NCBI RefSeq assembly: GCF_004010195.1
Contig: NC_057720.1
Location: forward strand, 33,200,172 to 33,264,171
DNA: 64,000 nucleotides
From: Chiloscyllium plagiosum
Lineage: Eukaryota
Reading direction: 5' to 3'
The position numbers and the translations under genes are program-made. The notes below the pieces were generated by a model. The model was given only the letters and a program-made list of their open reading frames with translations. It did not search any database and was not told the origin of the DNA. Shown here in pieces: positions 62,970 through 64,000 of the stretch (positions within the stretch are counted from its first letter, which is position 1; each line of letters starts with the position of its first letter).

Positions 62970-64000
62970 TACAGAACTCTGGAGGATAGCAAATGTTTCC
63001 CCCTTATTCAAGAAGGGCAGTAGAGACAACCCTGCTAATTATAGACCAGTGAGCCTTACTTTGGTTGTGGTTAAAGTGTTGTAAAAGATTATAAGATATT
63101 TAGAAGAGAGGAATAAGTTGATTAGAGATAGTCCAACACGGTTTTGTGAAGGGGAGGTCATGCCTCACAAACCTTATTGAACTCTTTGAGAAGATGACCA
63201 AACAGATGGATGTGTCAAAACGGTTGATGTGGTGTATATTGATTTCAGTAAGGCATTTGATAAAGTTTCCCATGGTAGGCTCTTGCAGAAAATATAGAGG
63301 CATGGGATTGAGGATGATTTAGCAGTTTGGATCAGAAATTGGCTAGCTGAAAGAAGACAGAGATGGTGTTTGTTGGGAAATGTTCATTCTGGAGTTCAGT
63401 TACTAGTGGTGTACCACAAGGATCTGTGTTGGGGCCACTGCTGTTTGTCATTTTTATAAATGACCTAGATGAGAGCATAAAAGGATGGGTTAGTAAATTT
63501 TCAGATTTGCACAAATTTGACACTAAGGTCGGTGGAGTTGTGTATTGTGCTGAAAAATGTGGCAGGTTACAGAGGGACATAGATAAGCTGCAGAGCTGGG
63601 CTGAGAGGTGGCAAATGCAGTTTAATGCAGAAAAATGTGAGGTGATTCACTTTGGAAGGAGCAACAGGAATAAAGAGTACTGGGCTAATGATAAGATTCT
63701 TGGTAATATAGAGGAGCAGAGAGATCTTGGTGTCCATGTACATACATCCCTGAAAGTTGCCACCCAGGTTGATAGGGCTGTTAAGAAGGCATATGGTGTG
63801 TTAGCTTTTATTAGTAGGGGGATTGAGTTTCAGAGTCACAAGGTCATGCTGCAGCTGTATAAAACTCTTGTGTGGCCGCACTTTGGGTATTGCATACAGT
63901 TCTGGTCACCATATTATAGGAAGGATGTGGAAGCTTTGGAAAGGTTTCAAATGAGATTTGTTAGGATGTTGCATGTTAGGTCTTATGAGGAAAGGCTGAG
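62970..64000 (+). mobile_element. CR1 LINE RT region, runs off the window
   Basis: [56 protein letters not shown]. Confidence 0.92.

Noticed and set aside
577..63580. Short ORFs as host protein-coding genes
   Set aside because: All recognisable ones are frameshifted TE fragments or antisense frames of repeats; I found no coherent exon chain or known host protein

Overview
This is eukaryotic, AT-rich, repeat-dense DNA with no recognisable intact host protein-coding gene. The repeat inventory strongly suggests a cartilaginous fish (shark), probably intergenic or deep-intronic sequence; this is an inference. That inventory includes CR1 LINEs with (TTCTATG)n/(TCATAGAG)n tails, HE1-like tRNA SINEs and Deu-domain SINEs. 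Roughly half the window is decayed transposons: many CR1 copies, an L2/CR1-clade LINE and its partner SINE, a Rex1/Babar piece, a Tx1 piece, a Gypsy gag remnant with LTR-like flanks, a solo LTR, Harbinger Myb/SANT remnants and a Tc1/pogo-type MITE. The most striking signal is more than a dozen Penelope-like element (PLE) insertions from at least four families. Their termini carry minimal hammerhead ribozyme motifs (CUGANGA-stem II-GAAA with a palindromic ACGU/AGCU stem III), and several are tiny fold-back elements bounded by 11-15 bp target-site duplications (TSDs). Also present are a perfect 33-bp-arm palindrome, several local duplications, three repeat-free blocks that may be conserved non-coding elements, and an 858-nt assembly gap. 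Repeat family names come from recalled motifs, not database searches. Boundaries are approximate unless a TSD fixes them.
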